Shown here: positions 1 through 10,327 of the stretch, in pieces
Position numbering within the stretch: position 1 is the first letter of the stretch
Layout of the letters: the number at the start of each line of letters is the position of its first letter
NCBI GenBank assembly: GCA_963698715.1
Contig: CAVORW010000007.1
Span: 69,190 to 133,189, forward strand
Origin: an uncultured Chloroflexia bacterium
GTDB taxonomy: Bacteria > Chloroflexota > Anaerolineae > Anaerolineales > UBA4823
Length of the DNA stretch: 64,000 nucleotides
Direction: 5' to 3'
The notes under the pieces: generated by a model
Told to the model about the DNA's origin: nothing
Database searches by the model: none
The model's input: the letters and a program-made list of their open reading frames with translations, nothing else
Program-made: the position numbers and the translations under genes

Positions 1-1609
1 TGGTGACAGAGACAGCGACCATTAAAGCCATCACGGCAATTGAGGTGCGGCTGAGCGAGCTGGTGACATCGCGAGGGGCCATTCGCCCCAAAGCGCCCCA
101 GATCCATCCGAGCAGTGGAGTGGCCCAGCGCATGAGGGTTCCAGTTGCAATTGGCACTAATAACGCGAACCCAACGATGGTGGCAAACGTCCCGCTGAAA
201 CTCACCAGCAGAGAACGGGTAGGTATAAGCAGCGCAAGTAAACCAGCGGCCAACAGGCCGATCCCCACCAGTGCAGCCACCCGGATCGCCCGACGCGCCT
301 TGGTTTCCAAACCAGAACGAGAAAGGGCTGCTCGCGGCGGTACGCTGGCAGCCTCCCAGGCAGGCGGGGCTGCCGTCAGTAACGTTGCCAATATCCCCAG
401 TAAGCTGCCTTTGACCAGGCTGGCAGGCAGTATTTGCACACCTTGAACGGATACCACGAAGAATAGGTCGTTGATGGTCTGGGTAACCATGCGAACAGCG
501 CCCTGCCCGAGGAAAATTCCCAGTCCCAGCCCAATTACAGATCCCAGCACGCCGACGACCAGGGCTTCGATGATCACCAGTCCAAATACTTCGCGGCGAG
601 TCACGCCCAGGCAGCGCAGCGTTCCAAATAGTGGCCGGCGCTGCACGACCGAAAATGTCATCGTGTTATAAATCAGGAACATGCCGACAACCAGCGCCAG
701 CAGGCTGAGGGCCGTCAGATTGATCCGAAAAGCAGAGGTCATCTGCTCAACCGTACCGGTGCGCGCCTCAACCGGCCTCAGGCGCGCATCTTGTGGCAGA
801 ATTGTTTCAATGGCCTGGATTGATAGATCGAGCTCGCTGCTGGCCAATCCCCCCAGCGGATCGTTCTCGGGCAGGATCAGGTCAATCCAATCCAGTTTGC
901 CAAGCTTGCCGGTCAATTCCTGCGCCGTTGAGATATCCGTCAGGAGAATGCTTTCAAGCGCTCTGCGGTTGATCCGATCCGTGTTGGGCGAGGTTTCCAA
1001 TAAACCGGCCACGAAAACGGTTTGCGTGAACCCGCCAATTTCCAGATCAAGATGGCAGCCCATTTCAGATGCCTCGGGGTTAACCCGCTGGGTGGGGCAG
1101 GGCCCAATTCCGTAGCGATTGGCAAGATCCGCTGGCAGTAAGATGGCATCTGGTTGAGTTAGAAAAGTGGTCAGTTCACCCACCGGGGTGCTGAAACTGC
1201 CTGCTGGCGGCCGGCTGGTATTTGTGCCGATGCCTCCGCCTAAGAAATCTCGGAAAGGCGCCTCTGCGAAAGGATCGACACCCAGCAGTTGCAGGGGCAC
1301 GTCTCCCAGCACCGGCGAGGATATATATTGACTGATGATCGGAGCAGCCGCCGAAATCAGTCCTGAGCGCCGCAAGCGGGTATAGACGGTTTCTTCCAGC
1401 CCTGAGGGACCGCCGGTAATTTGGTGGGTGGCTTTGCCTGCGACAGTGGCAGTGCTGAGGTCAAACGCCCGGCTGGCGCTGGCATTTGCCAGGTCTACGG
1501 CTACCACAACCGCCACACCAAGCGAGATGCCCAGCACCATCAAGATGCTTTGCCATGGATGGCGGATCAAGTAGCGCCAACCAATTCTTATTAGGGTTCT
1601 CTTAGCCAT
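1..1609 (-). CDS. FtsX/AttF-like ABC transporter permease (3' end outside window)
   Basis: Absent from the ORF track because there is no stop in the window. Read by hand from ATG 1609: MAKRTLIRIGWRYLIRHPWQSILMVLGISLGVAVVVAVDLAN; the same frame reads ...SRTSIAVMALMVAVSVT at the window edge, typical of double-FtsX permeases. Confidence 0.85.
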   Translation of the reverse strand, partial: MAKRTLIRIGWRYLIRHPWQSILMVLGISLGVAVVVAVDLANASASRAFDLSTATVAGKATHQITGGPSGLEETVYTRLRRSGLISAAAPIISQYISSPVLGDVPLQLLGVDPFAEAPFRDFLGGGIGTNTSRPPAGSFSTPVGELTTFLTQPDAILLPADLANRYGIGPCPTQRVNPEASEMGCHLDLEIGGFTQTVFVAGLLETSPNTDRINRRALESILLTDISTAQELTGKLGKLDWIDLILPENDPLGGLASSELDLSIQAIETILPQDARLRPVEARTGTVEQMTSAFRINLTALSLLALVVGMFLIYNTMTFSVVQRRPLFGTLRCLGVTRREVFGLVIIEALVVGVLGSVIGLGLGIFLGQGAVRMVTQTINDLFFVVSVQGVQILPASLVKGSLLGILATLLTAAPPAWEAASVPPRAALSRSGLETKARRAIRVAALVGIGLLAAGLLALLIPTRSLLVSFSGTFATIVGFALLVPIATGTLMRWATPLLGWIWGALGRMAPRDVTSSLSRTSIAVMALMVAVSVT

Positions 1610-1741
1610 TTTGTTTAATTACCGTTAAAAACCCAATATAACCAGGTTCTGATATCGCCAGAATATTGCAGGTGATCAGCTCTTTGAGTTTTTTAGATCG
1701 CCCATATGCCCAAAGTCATTCGCAAGCCCCGAGCAGCATCG

Positions 1742-2869
1742 CTAAAGTTCTTTACGAAACACTCTGTGATTCTTGTAAGCCGTGCCGCCCAAATTTATCA
1801 GGTCGCTGCGCATATTGCCTGCAGTTTCTGCAACCTGGGTCAGGTCAGCGTCGGTAAAGTTGAACTCGCGAATCGTATTTTCCATCTCTGCGTACATTAA
1901 AGCATTCCCGCCCCGCCCCTGATACTCCGGGAGGATGCCAGCACCATTCATGGCAACCCATTTGGTTCGCCTCAGCTCTAGCAGGAGATCGAGAATCCCA
2001 AAGGGGAGTAAGCGGCCCTGGTTGCGCTGGATGGCAGCCGAAACATCTGGAAATCCGAACAGAAATCCAACGGCTTCATTTTCATGGGCGATCACCTTGA
2101 TCAAGCGTGGATCGGCGATGGTAAGAATATTATCCACCACAAAATCGATCTCACGATCTGTCAGTGGGCAATACTCCCAATTATTGACAAAGGCTTTGTT
2201 ATAAGCCTCCCCGATGCGCTTGGCCCATGCTAAGAGTTCGCGTTTGTTATTAAATCTCAGAACTTGCAGGGACCCACGCTCCTGAACTCGCTTGGCAATG
2301 CTGTGGACCCGCTCAGGTAAGCGAAATTTCTCTGCATTTAAGTGGCACGACACGAAATCAACTTCTTTCCCAAAACCGAGGCTCTCGATCAGCTCCTGGT
2401 AGTATGGGTAGTTGTAGTTCATCATGGTCATCATCTGGCGATGTTCAAAACCATCTATTAGGATGCCATATCCGTCTAAAGGGCCAAAACCTTTGGGGCC
2501 AACAACAGCATTCAATCCGCGTTCGCGAACCCACTGGAAAACTCGCTCGAAGAGGGCGTTGGCAGCCTCCTGGTCATTCTCACATTCAAAAAAATAAAAT
2601 TGAGCCTGCTTTGTTCCATGATATTCATTGAAATGTCTGTTCTCCAACGCGGCTACCCGGCCGATATCCCGCCCATTGCGCTGAACAATAAAGAATTCAG
2701 CCTCCGAATGGTCATAAAATGGGTGTTTATCTGGGTTCAGTTGAGCTTTGATATCGACCAGGATCGGAGGCACCCACTGCTTCTGGCCCCGATAAAGACG
2801 AAAAGGAATCTCAATAAAGCGCCGAACCTGGCTTTTAGAACGGGTATTGATTTTTTCCACTGCAAGCAT
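1742..2869 (-). CDS. YghO-like GNAT-fold N-acyltransferase (bacterial ceramide synthase-like family)
   Basis: Motifs FIEIPFRLY..WVPP, GRVAA, FFECEND, GPKG..GILIDGF, YNYPYY, GILPEYQGRG. AGGAGG RBS before ATG 2869. Confidence 0.7.
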   Translation of the reverse strand: MLAVEKINTRSKSQVRRFIEIPFRLYRGQKQWVPPILVDIKAQLNPDKHPFYDHSEAEFFIVQRNGRDIGRVAALENRHFNEYHGTKQAQFYFFECENDQEAANALFERVFQWVRERGLNAVVGPKGFGPLDGYGILIDGFEHRQMMTMMNYNYPYYQELIESLGFGKEVDFVSCHLNAEKFRLPERVHSIAKRVQERGSLQVLRFNNKRELLAWAKRIGEAYNKAFVNNWEYCPLTDREIDFVVDNILTIADPRLIKVIAHENEAVGFLFGFPDVSAAIQRNQGRLLPFGILDLLLELRRTKWVAMNGAGILPEYQGRGGNALMYAEMENTIREFNFTDADLTQVAETAGNMRSDLINLGGTAYKNHRVFRKEL

Positions 2870-2950
2870 TGGTGCCTCCTGGCAGTTCAGCCGATAGTAA
2901 GAAAATGGGGTTATTGTCCTGATCAACAAGCTCTCATGCCATCTACGGTT

Positions 2951-3637
2951 TCAAGCCTGTGGCTCGCCGTCAAGTTTGCCCGCCCTTAGATACAAAATTC
3001 GATCGGCGTAGCTGGCTGCTTCCAGGCTGTGCGTAACCAATATCATGTTTTTTCCGGCTTGACGGGTGAGCCTGTCGAGCAGAGCCAGCACTTGTTTGCC
3101 GGTTTGCTCATCAAGGTTACCTGTGGGCTCGTCGGCTAACACCAGCAGTGGATCGTGGACCAGCGCTCTGGCAATGGCAACCCGCTGCTGTTCGCCGCCG
3201 GACAGCCGGTCTGGGAAGGTACTTGCCCGATCCAGCAAGCCTACGGCTTCTAACAGCGGTTCGGCTCTCTGGCGGGCAGCTTGGGATGAGACACCACCTA
3301 ATTCAAGCGGCAGCACAACATTCTCAAGTACGGTCAGGGTCGCAATCAAATTAAAAAATTGAAAGATAAAGCCGATATTATGGCGGCGAAAAAGCGTTCG
3401 CTGGCGTTCATCCAGGGCGGTCAGATTCTGCCCATTCAGCCAGATGCCTCCCTGGTCTACCAGATCAATGCCGCTGATGAGATTGAGCAGGGTGCTTTTT
3501 CCACTTCCACTTCTGCCAAGAATCGCGACGAACTCCCCCGGCTCAAAATGTGCGCAGGCGTCTTTAAGGATCTGGCGTGACCGACCACCTTCCTGGTAGC
3601 TTTTGGTGATATTGTCTAAGCGTAAAAAATCGTCCAT
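2951..3637 (-). CDS. ABC transporter ATP-binding protein (LolD/MacB/AttE-like)
   Basis: Walker [10 protein letters not shown], signature [25 protein letters not shown]. Confidence 0.93.
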   Translation of the reverse strand: MDDFLRLDNITKSYQEGGRSRQILKDACAHFEPGEFVAILGRSGSGKSTLLNLISGIDLVDQGGIWLNGQNLTALDERQRTLFRRHNIGFIFQFFNLIATLTVLENVVLPLELGGVSSQAARQRAEPLLEAVGLLDRASTFPDRLSGGEQQRVAIARALVHDPLLVLADEPTGNLDEQTGKQVLALLDRLTRQAGKNMILVTHSLEAASYADRILYLRAGKLDGEPQA

Positions 3638-3710
3638 TATTTTGGTATTCGGATAATTTCAGGCCGGTAGATCTGATCAGAGATTGATAGTCTGCGGCAA
3701 CCTCTTGTCT

Positions 3711-5117
3711 TCAACGCGCCTGCCCGTAGGCTGCCAGTGCTCGTTCTCGAGCCACGGCGTGATCGACCATCGGGGCGGGATAATCCTTGCCGATCCGACA
3801 CGCTGCCTGGCGCTGCAACTCATCCGGCATCAGCCAGGGTTCGTTGATGAACTTGTCTGGTACATTGGCGAGCTCTGGCAGCCAGCGACGAATAAACTTG
3901 CCACTGGGATCGTGACGCTTGCCCTGGGAGGTGGGATTGAAGATTCTGAAGTAGGGTGCCGCGTCTGTCCCCGTGCCGGCGGTCCACTGCCAGCCGCCGT
4001 TATTGGCAGCAGGATCCCCATCCAATAAGTGCTGCATAAACCAGCGCTCGCCCCATCGCCAGTCGATTAATAAATCTTTGGTCAGGAACGAGGCAGTTAT
4101 CATTCTGGCTCGATTGTGCATCCAGCCTGTTTGGAGAAGCTGGCGCATGGCGGCATCGACAACGGGATATCCGGTTTCCCCATTCTTCCAGGCATCGAAC
4201 TGCCGTGGGTCATTTAGCCAGGGAATCGCCTGCATCCTGAAGTTGTCTTGCCTGACCTGGGGAAAATGATACAGGATATGAATGTAAAAATCCCGCCAGA
4301 TGAGTTCATTGACCCAGGTTTCTGCTCCTTTACGATCTTCTGGATTGTCAGCAGACAGGAGAGTTTGTCTGGCAGCGGCAAGTGCCCGGCGGGCAGAGAT
4401 CATCCCGAAGCGCAAGTATGGTGAAAGGCGGGAAGTACCGTCTATATCCAGCTGGTTGCGACCTTCTGAATAGTCAAATATTGGAGAACCCAGTCCCTGG
4501 GTAAAGACATTCAGCAACCACTCGGCTTGCTGCTCACCGGCCTCAAATGGCACAGTTTCCCCAAGATTTGGTTTTTCCGGGACAGGCAAGCTGGCAATTC
4601 CATCGGGCGTATTGAGACTTCCATGCTGGAATTCAACCGGTTTTAATGGAGCAGGCAATGCCTTCCAGACCTTGCTGAATGGCGTGAAAACAGTATAGGG
4701 TTCGCCGTTCGCCTTTAAAACACTTCCCGGGGGTTGAATTGCTGGGCTGCCGACCCATTCCACCGGTACTTCAGCCGAGACCAGCTGATCGCGGCTGACG
4801 GCGAAGGGAGAGTGATCTTGTTCAGCATAAATCCGTCTGGCGCCGCTCAATTGCATTAAGCGCCGCAGAACAGTGTGCGGCTCGCCCTCATCAAGAATAA
4901 GCCGCCCGCCGTGGCGTTCAAGGTCGGCACCCAGAGAACGCAGCCCGTTGAAAAGAAAAGCGATCCGTTGCGGTGAGGCATACGTGGACTGAAGCAGCCG
5001 CTGATCCAGAATAAATACTGGGACAATGCGCTGATTCGAATCCAGAGCTGCGTTTAGGGCCTGGTTATCCTGAATGCGTAGATCGCGGCGGATCCACCAG
5101 ATCGCTGTTTGGGTCAC
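3711..5117 (-). CDS. phrB: Class I CPD DNA photolyase
   Basis: [61 protein letters not shown]. Confidence 0.93.
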   Translation of the reverse strand: MTQTAIWWIRRDLRIQDNQALNAALDSNQRIVPVFILDQRLLQSTYASPQRIAFLFNGLRSLGADLERHGGRLILDEGEPHTVLRRLMQLSGARRIYAEQDHSPFAVSRDQLVSAEVPVEWVGSPAIQPPGSVLKANGEPYTVFTPFSKVWKALPAPLKPVEFQHGSLNTPDGIASLPVPEKPNLGETVPFEAGEQQAEWLLNVFTQGLGSPIFDYSEGRNQLDIDGTSRLSPYLRFGMISARRALAAARQTLLSADNPEDRKGAETWVNELIWRDFYIHILYHFPQVRQDNFRMQAIPWLNDPRQFDAWKNGETGYPVVDAAMRQLLQTGWMHNRARMITASFLTKDLLIDWRWGERWFMQHLLDGDPAANNGGWQWTAGTGTDAAPYFRIFNPTSQGKRHDPSGKFIRRWLPELANVPDKFINEPWLMPDELQRQAACRIGKDYPAPMVDHAVARERALAAYGQAR

Positions 5118-5202
5118 AATTTACCTCGTTTCACTTGATGGATTAAAGGTAGCTTTTATATATACTGGATGTGGGGTCCCATTTTCCATGATTGATTGAG
5201 AA

Positions 5203-6189
5203 TCAACCTTGTAGATTTTGGCTGGCTTCATCCAGGATGGCAACCTCGGCCTCCGTCAGGCGCCAGTTAAGCGCGCCTGCATTTTCCAGCACCTGGCCCT
5301 CGTTCTTTGCTCCAGGTATCGGGATCGCGCCTTTACAGATCACCCAGTTTAAGGCTACCTGGGCTGGGGTTTTGCCATCATGGTCTCGGCCGATATCCCT
5401 GATGATCTTGAGCAGCGGTTGTACTGTAGCCAGGTAGCTGCGATTGTATCGACGCCCACGCACGCCGGGGGGCGGGTTATCGGGAGTATATTTTCCGGTT
5501 AATATACCTTGAGCCAGAGGGCTATAGGCGATCAAAGTTATACCGAGCTCGTGACACGCTCTCAAAAGGCCAGTTGTTTCGATCTTGCGATTTAACAGGT
5601 GGTATTCAACCTGGTTAGAGGCCAGTTCGAGACCGCGTTTCATTAAAATCAGATCCGTCTGGCGCATCTGCTGTTCGTTGTAGTTGGAGACCCCAACCGA
5701 TTTTGTTAATCCCAGTTCAAGCGCGTCTCCCAGTCCTTCGGCCCATTTTTCAACCGGAATAGGGAGAAATGGGAAATGGATTTGATAAAGATCGACGTAA
5801 GTGAGCCCCAGCCGTTTCAGGCTCTTCTTCAGCGCATTAATTAACGTTCCTTTCCACAGCCGCCATGGATAAGGTAAAAATTTTGTAGCGATGATAAGCG
5901 ATTCGCGCAGGGCTAGGTTTTCTCCGTCTGTGGACTGGCGCTCCCGTATGAATGTCCCTAACAATCGCTCCGAGTGACCAAATCCGTATATCTCGGCTGT
6001 GTCAAAGAAATTGATCTCGCTGTTCAGGCTGGCATGAAAAGCGCTGCGGACTTCATTTTCCGCATAATCTTGTCCAAACCCCCAGACTCTCCGATCTCCC
6101 CAGGCCCAGGCGCCGGTACCCACCAGTGGGATCTCCAGATCGGTTTTTCCCAGTCGAATTGTGCTGTTTTCAGAGATATCGATGCCCAT
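5203..6189 (-). CDS. Aldo/keto reductase
   Basis: FFDTAEIYG, IATK, DLYQIH, VGVSNY, AYSPLAQG, IPGAKN. Confidence 0.92.
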   Translation of the reverse strand: MGIDISENSTIRLGKTDLEIPLVGTGAWAWGDRRVWGFGQDYAENEVRSAFHASLNSEINFFDTAEIYGFGHSERLLGTFIRERQSTDGENLALRESLIIATKFLPYPWRLWKGTLINALKKSLKRLGLTYVDLYQIHFPFLPIPVEKWAEGLGDALELGLTKSVGVSNYNEQQMRQTDLILMKRGLELASNQVEYHLLNRKIETTGLLRACHELGITLIAYSPLAQGILTGKYTPDNPPPGVRGRRYNRSYLATVQPLLKIIRDIGRDHDGKTPAQVALNWVICKGAIPIPGAKNEGQVLENAGALNWRLTEAEVAILDEASQNLQG

Positions 6190-6273
6190 GCCGCTTAGCC
6201 TTCAGTAAGATGTCTTGTGATACGATCCTGACCAGGGTGCTGCTTCAATCGGTCCCATAGGGAGTAGTGATGG

Positions 6274-7212
6274 TCAAGGGATAGACCTGCACAAACCATC
6301 AATTAATTGGGCGCTCTCCCGGAGCTGGTCCATTTCCAGATCGCTTAATGGCGGATGAAGTGTGCTGAGAGACCCCTGTCCGCCAACCAGGTGGGGGAGT
6401 GAGATGGTTACATCACGGATACCAGCAATTTCCGGAGTAGGGGTACAGATGGTGAGTATGGCGCGCTGATCTTTTAATATGACTTCGACCAGCCGAGCGA
6501 TGGCGCTGCCAACGCCATAATAGGTAGACCCCTTACCTTCGATAATATGATATGCAGCCTTGCGAACCTGTTCGTCAATCTCTTCCTGGTCTTCGCTGCA
6601 CACATCGACGTTCTGGATCCGGCAGAATTCATCGAGGGGGATGCCGCCAATAGTTACCAGCGACCATGTCAGCACTTCAGAATCGCCATGTTCGCCAAGG
6701 ACATAAGCGTGGATATGTTGTGGATCAACCCCCAGCTTGCGACCTAAAAGCGCCCGGAATCGAGCTGTATCCAGCGTCGTGCCTGTACCCAGGACCCGTC
6801 CAGACGGCACACCAAATTTCCGGGCGTAGCGAGCAGCCAGGTGGGTCATCACGTCGACAGGATTAGTCGCCACCAACAAAACGGCATCTGGGGCATAGGT
6901 CAGAATGCTTGGAATGACCTGCTGGAATACCTTTGCGTTACGGCCGAGCAGCTCGAGCCGCGACTCGCCTGGACGCTGGCTGACGCCAGCCGTGATCACA
7001 ACAACCCGGGCACCTGTCAGAGAAGAATAATCCCCGGCGTGCACATGAACTGGATGAGCAAAGGGAACAGCATGGTAAATATCATCTGCTTCCGCCTGTG
7101 CCCGGGCTTGATTGAGATCGACTAATATAATTTCCCGACCAACTCCACGCATCACCATGGCAAAAGCCGCTGTTGATCCAACCAATCCGCTACCAATAAT
7201 CCCAATTTTCAT
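6274..7212 (-). CDS. ldh: L-lactate dehydrogenase
   Basis: GSGLVG Rossmann motif, substrate loop [14 protein letters not shown] (Gln, the LDH residue), NPVD, LDTARFR, GEHGDSE. Start overlaps the upstream stop (ATGA). Confidence 0.9.
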   Translation of the reverse strand: MKIGIIGSGLVGSTAAFAMVMRGVGREIILVDLNQARAQAEADDIYHAVPFAHPVHVHAGDYSSLTGARVVVITAGVSQRPGESRLELLGRNAKVFQQVIPSILTYAPDAVLLVATNPVDVMTHLAARYARKFGVPSGRVLGTGTTLDTARFRALLGRKLGVDPQHIHAYVLGEHGDSEVLTWSLVTIGGIPLDEFCRIQNVDVCSEDQEEIDEQVRKAAYHIIEGKGSTYYGVGSAIARLVEVILKDQRAILTICTPTPEIAGIRDVTISLPHLVGGQGSLSTLHPPLSDLEMDQLRESAQLIDGLCRSIP

Positions 7213-8729
7213 GGATTTAACCCTTCCTTCAGAATTAGTCGGGCGACCCGGAGACCACCCAATGCGACCGCTGCAGTTGATTGGCCTGGAAAAATGCTGT
7301 CGCCAACCATCCAGAGATCATCATCCAGCCGAGGCCCACGCTTGTTCAGCAGACTGGTTTGGGGGAAGCCGCCTACCCAGCCCCTGGCCCGGCGCGTAAA
7401 TCGTTGGAACGTGACCGGTGTGCCAGGCAAGACCAGACGGGCATACTCTCGTAAATCGGGGATGGCTACTTCTGCTGCAGCCAATACCTGTTCAGTATAA
7501 CGCGATTTTAATTCACTGTAGGCGGTTTTATCGTTCTTATATAGATCCCACCAGGGTGTCAGGTTGGTGTGAGTGCTGATTGTGAGGGCGCGCCGCCCTG
7601 CAGGAGCACGAACTTCATCCCAGGCGGGGCTGAGAGACAGAAATACCGAATTTCCTTCGCCGAGTGGTTCCTTGACGATCACCTGATGATGGAGAGGAAA
7701 ATCAGTTGGGATCGAGCTGCCATCCAGTCCGATGTAAAGCATAAACGCTCCCCAACTATTTTCGGGTTGGGACCGGAGGTGCTTTAAAGATAAGGGGAGT
7801 GGATCAGAAAGTAAATGTACAATGTTCCATGGAGGCAGGTTGGCGATTACCAGGTCGGCCACAAAACAGCCGCCCCGCTTAGTGTGCACCTCCGCTGGAC
7901 CACCCGGTCTTCGGATAATTGCGGTTACTTCCTGGCGGTAAAGAACCTTGCCGCCCTGCTGCTGGACAGCATCGGTCAGTTGTTTAGCTATCGTTCCAAT
8001 CCCCCCTACCATATGGACAACTCCACGGCGAGGCAGATCCAGTGCTGAAGCGGCGTAAAGCGCATTTGCATCTCGGCTGGTTGTTTGAGCTGAGATCAAC
8101 AGCTGCCCATCAATAAACTGCCTCAAACGTTTTGGGGCCTGCTGCAAATGATGCGCGGCTGGACGAAATGCATCTGCCACCAATCCTGGGCTCAGCCGCT
8201 GTAATGGAGCTTCCGCCACCCAGCGCAGCCCGGTTTCGATCAGCTGGCCCAATTGGGATGCGGTCTGAGGCGGCCAGGGCGGTAATTTTAGGGCCAGATC
8301 CCAGAGAGCATCTGCCCGTTTTTCTTGCCACTCAAAAAAAGAATCGCTGCCTGTCCCAAAAGCCAATCTCCGCTGCTGCCAACGTTCTTGATCATTCAAT
8401 AACTGGACCCTGGTCCCATCCGGCAAGTGTACAACCATTGCCAGGTTCTCCGGATGAGCCTGCCAGGATTGGATACCAGCTGATTTTGCCACCTGATCCA
8501 TTGGCCCGCCAGGGTAGAATCCGCCCGCCAGAGTGGCGCCGGCATCGAACCTGTAACCCTGATGGTAGAACGTTCCAGCGCAGCCTCCAGGGTATATATG
8601 GGCTTCGAGTACAGTTACATCTATGCCGGCTTTTGCCAGATGTGCCGCTGCGGTTAGTCCGCCAATCCCGGCGCCGATGATGATCGCTCGTTGTGCAGGT
8701 TTGGAATTAGTCTTGCCCGGGCGGTTCAT
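7209..8729 (-). CDS. Phytoene desaturase-family FAD oxidoreductase, CrtD (C-3',4' desaturase)-like
   Basis: [47 protein letters not shown]. Start at 8729 overlaps the SRPBCC stop (ATGA). Confidence 0.75.
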   Translation of the reverse strand: MNRPGKTNSKPAQRAIIIGAGIGGLTAAAHLAKAGIDVTVLEAHIYPGGCAGTFYHQGYRFDAGATLAGGFYPGGPMDQVAKSAGIQSWQAHPENLAMVVHLPDGTRVQLLNDQERWQQRRLAFGTGSDSFFEWQEKRADALWDLALKLPPWPPQTASQLGQLIETGLRWVAEAPLQRLSPGLVADAFRPAAHHLQQAPKRLRQFIDGQLLISAQTTSRDANALYAASALDLPRRGVVHMVGGIGTIAKQLTDAVQQQGGKVLYRQEVTAIIRRPGGPAEVHTKRGGCFVADLVIANLPPWNIVHLLSDPLPLSLKHLRSQPENSWGAFMLYIGLDGSSIPTDFPLHHQVIVKEPLGEGNSVFLSLSPAWDEVRAPAGRRALTISTHTNLTPWWDLYKNDKTAYSELKSRYTEQVLAAAEVAIPDLREYARLVLPGTPVTFQRFTRRARGWVGGFPQTSLLNKRGPRLDDDLWMVGDSIFPGQSTAAVALGGLRVARLILKEGLNP

Positions 8730-9166
8730 GATTCGAGTGAGCGGCGAGTTTTCCAACCTCGGTATGCGAATAACACCGGCATATTCAGCCACATAATGCG
8801 CCCAACAGCGCCCCAAAACCAATGATTTTTGGGCTCTGCTTGGATCTGATCGATGATTTGGGTCCGGTCTGCATCTACTGACTTAAAAATATGCCGGTGT
8901 TCCCATTTCTTAAATGGACCTTCAATTTGGGTATCTGTGAATCCGGACGCAGAGACATCATCAATTTGGGCCAGCCATCGAAGCGGCAGCGGGCCTAACC
9001 ACAGGGTAAACCGCATCCTGTCTCCCGCTGCGAGCATTGCGGGAGCCTCGTGAATGCTGACTATCACCGGTGGGGGGGTGATCGCTGCCATGCTGGCGGA
9101 TACGCGATGAAAATCCGTTACTTTTTCTATTGACGCACGAACAATAAAAGAATGAGTGTATTCCAT
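8726..9166 (-). CDS. SRPBCC (cyclase/dehydrase-like) family protein
   Basis: [29 protein letters not shown] pattern; usual neighbour of TIGR01777 in carotenoid and photolyase clusters. Confidence 0.8.
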   Translation of the reverse strand: MEYTHSFIVRASIEKVTDFHRVSASMAAITPPPVIVSIHEAPAMLAAGDRMRFTLWLGPLPLRWLAQIDDVSASGFTDTQIEGPFKKWEHRHIFKSVDADRTQIIDQIQAEPKNHWFWGAVGRIMWLNMPVLFAYRGWKTRRSLES

Positions 9167-9190
9167 GCTGTTCCTGATAAAATGAACGTA

Positions 9191-10108
9191 TTATTGTTTC
9201 AATACAGCTTGCAGTGCTGAAGCCGCATCCGGGTGTTCAAACTTGAAGCCAGCTTCGAGCAGGCGCTCCGGCAGCACCCGCTGGCCATTCAGCAGCACGG
9301 TCGACATTTCGCCGAATAATAACTGCATCATAAATGAGGGTACCGGAAAAATTGAGGGCCGACCGACGGTCTTTCCGATCGCCCGTTCGAAATCCTTGTT
9401 GCGAAGAGGGTTGGGTGTGGTCAGGTTATAGATCCCAGCAGCATTTGCGTTCTCGATCAAGAACCGGATCGCTCTGACTTCATCTGTTATGCTGATATAA
9501 GAAACCCACTGTTTTCCGCTTCCGATCGGGCCCCCAATAAAAAATTTAAACGGCAAGACCATACGCGGCAGAGCGCCCTGGCGTTTATCCAAAACGATAC
9601 CCGAACGGATAATCGCCCGCCTGACACCCAGGTCTTCAACAGCTGCAGTGGAATTCTCCCAGGCAATGCATACCTGGCTCTGAAATTCAGCCCCAGGCTT
9701 CGCGGTTTCGGTGATCTTCTCGTCGTCGCGGGACCCATAATACCCGATTGCAGAGCTTTGAATCAGCACTTTAGGTTTGATTTTGGCTTGTTTGACTGCC
9801 GCAACGATTGCCATCCCAGGTTCAACTCTGCTCTGGATAATTTTCTGCTTGCGCGCGTCTGTCCAGCGACCACCGGCAATGTTTGCCCCAGCCAGATTTA
9901 CGATGGCGTCAGCTCCATCAACCACGGAACCCCAGCCCGCAGCGGTTTTCCCATCCCAGCCAACAACCTGGATGTTCGCGCTATATCGGGCGCGGTTTTG
10001 CTCAGGAGAGCGGCTTAGAATAATTACTTCATGCCCTTCTCCTGCTAAATCTCTTGCCAGAGCGCTGCCGACTAAACCGCTTCCACCTGATATGATGACT
10101 TTCATCAT
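9191..10108 (-). CDS. TIGR01777 family NAD-dependent epimerase
   Basis: ISGGSGLVG, NLAGANIAGGRWT, SSAIGYYG, GPIGSGKQW, C-terminal GQRVLP..L..GFKF. AAGGAG RBS. Confidence 0.9.
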   Translation of the reverse strand: MMKVIISGGSGLVGSALARDLAGEGHEVIILSRSPEQNRARYSANIQVVGWDGKTAAGWGSVVDGADAIVNLAGANIAGGRWTDARKQKIIQSRVEPGMAIVAAVKQAKIKPKVLIQSSAIGYYGSRDDEKITETAKPGAEFQSQVCIAWENSTAAVEDLGVRRAIIRSGIVLDKRQGALPRMVLPFKFFIGGPIGSGKQWVSYISITDEVRAIRFLIENANAAGIYNLTTPNPLRNKDFERAIGKTVGRPSIFPVPSFMMQLLFGEMSTVLLNGQRVLPERLLEAGFKFEHPDAASALQAVLKQ

Positions 10109-10212
10109 GATTCTCCTTCCAGTCAACTATTCACCCATACTGAGGTTCTGTTTAAAAATTCCTGAGACACAGACAATTTTGGGTAATCTAATTTTAATTT
10201 TATATCTTACCA

Positions 10213-10241
10213 ATTATACTAAACCAAGACATGTTCGTCAA
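10213..10241 (-). promoter_or_regulatory. Sigma70 promoter for the photoprotection operon
   Basis: Minus strand TTGACG (10241-10236), 17-bp spacer, TATAAT (10218-10213). Confidence 0.85.
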
Positions 10242-10267
10242 GGTATTGTTTAATTAATGTTCAGATT
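10231..10267 (-). promoter_or_regulatory. Putative CarH operator: three TnnAC(A/G) repeats at 11-bp spacing
   Basis: Minus strand TGAACA-ttaat-TAAACA-atacc-TTGACG (plus-strand starts 10258, 10247, 10236). The third repeat is the -35 box. Fits the nnnnTnnACAn CarH consensus. Confidence 0.7.
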
Positions 10268-10269
10268 AC

Positions 10270-10298
10270 TTGACAGACAATCGATCCTATGCTAAACT
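10270..10298 (+). promoter_or_regulatory. Sigma70 promoter for carH
   Basis: TTGACA (10270-10275), 17-bp spacer, TAAACT (10293-10298) with an extended -10 TG. Confidence 0.8.
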
Positions 10299-10327
10299 AC
10301 TGTTGATATTAAATAGACGAATACCGA

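Noticed and set aside
3..1149. Short ORFs at the window start
   Set aside because: Shadows or alternative frames of the minus-strand permease.
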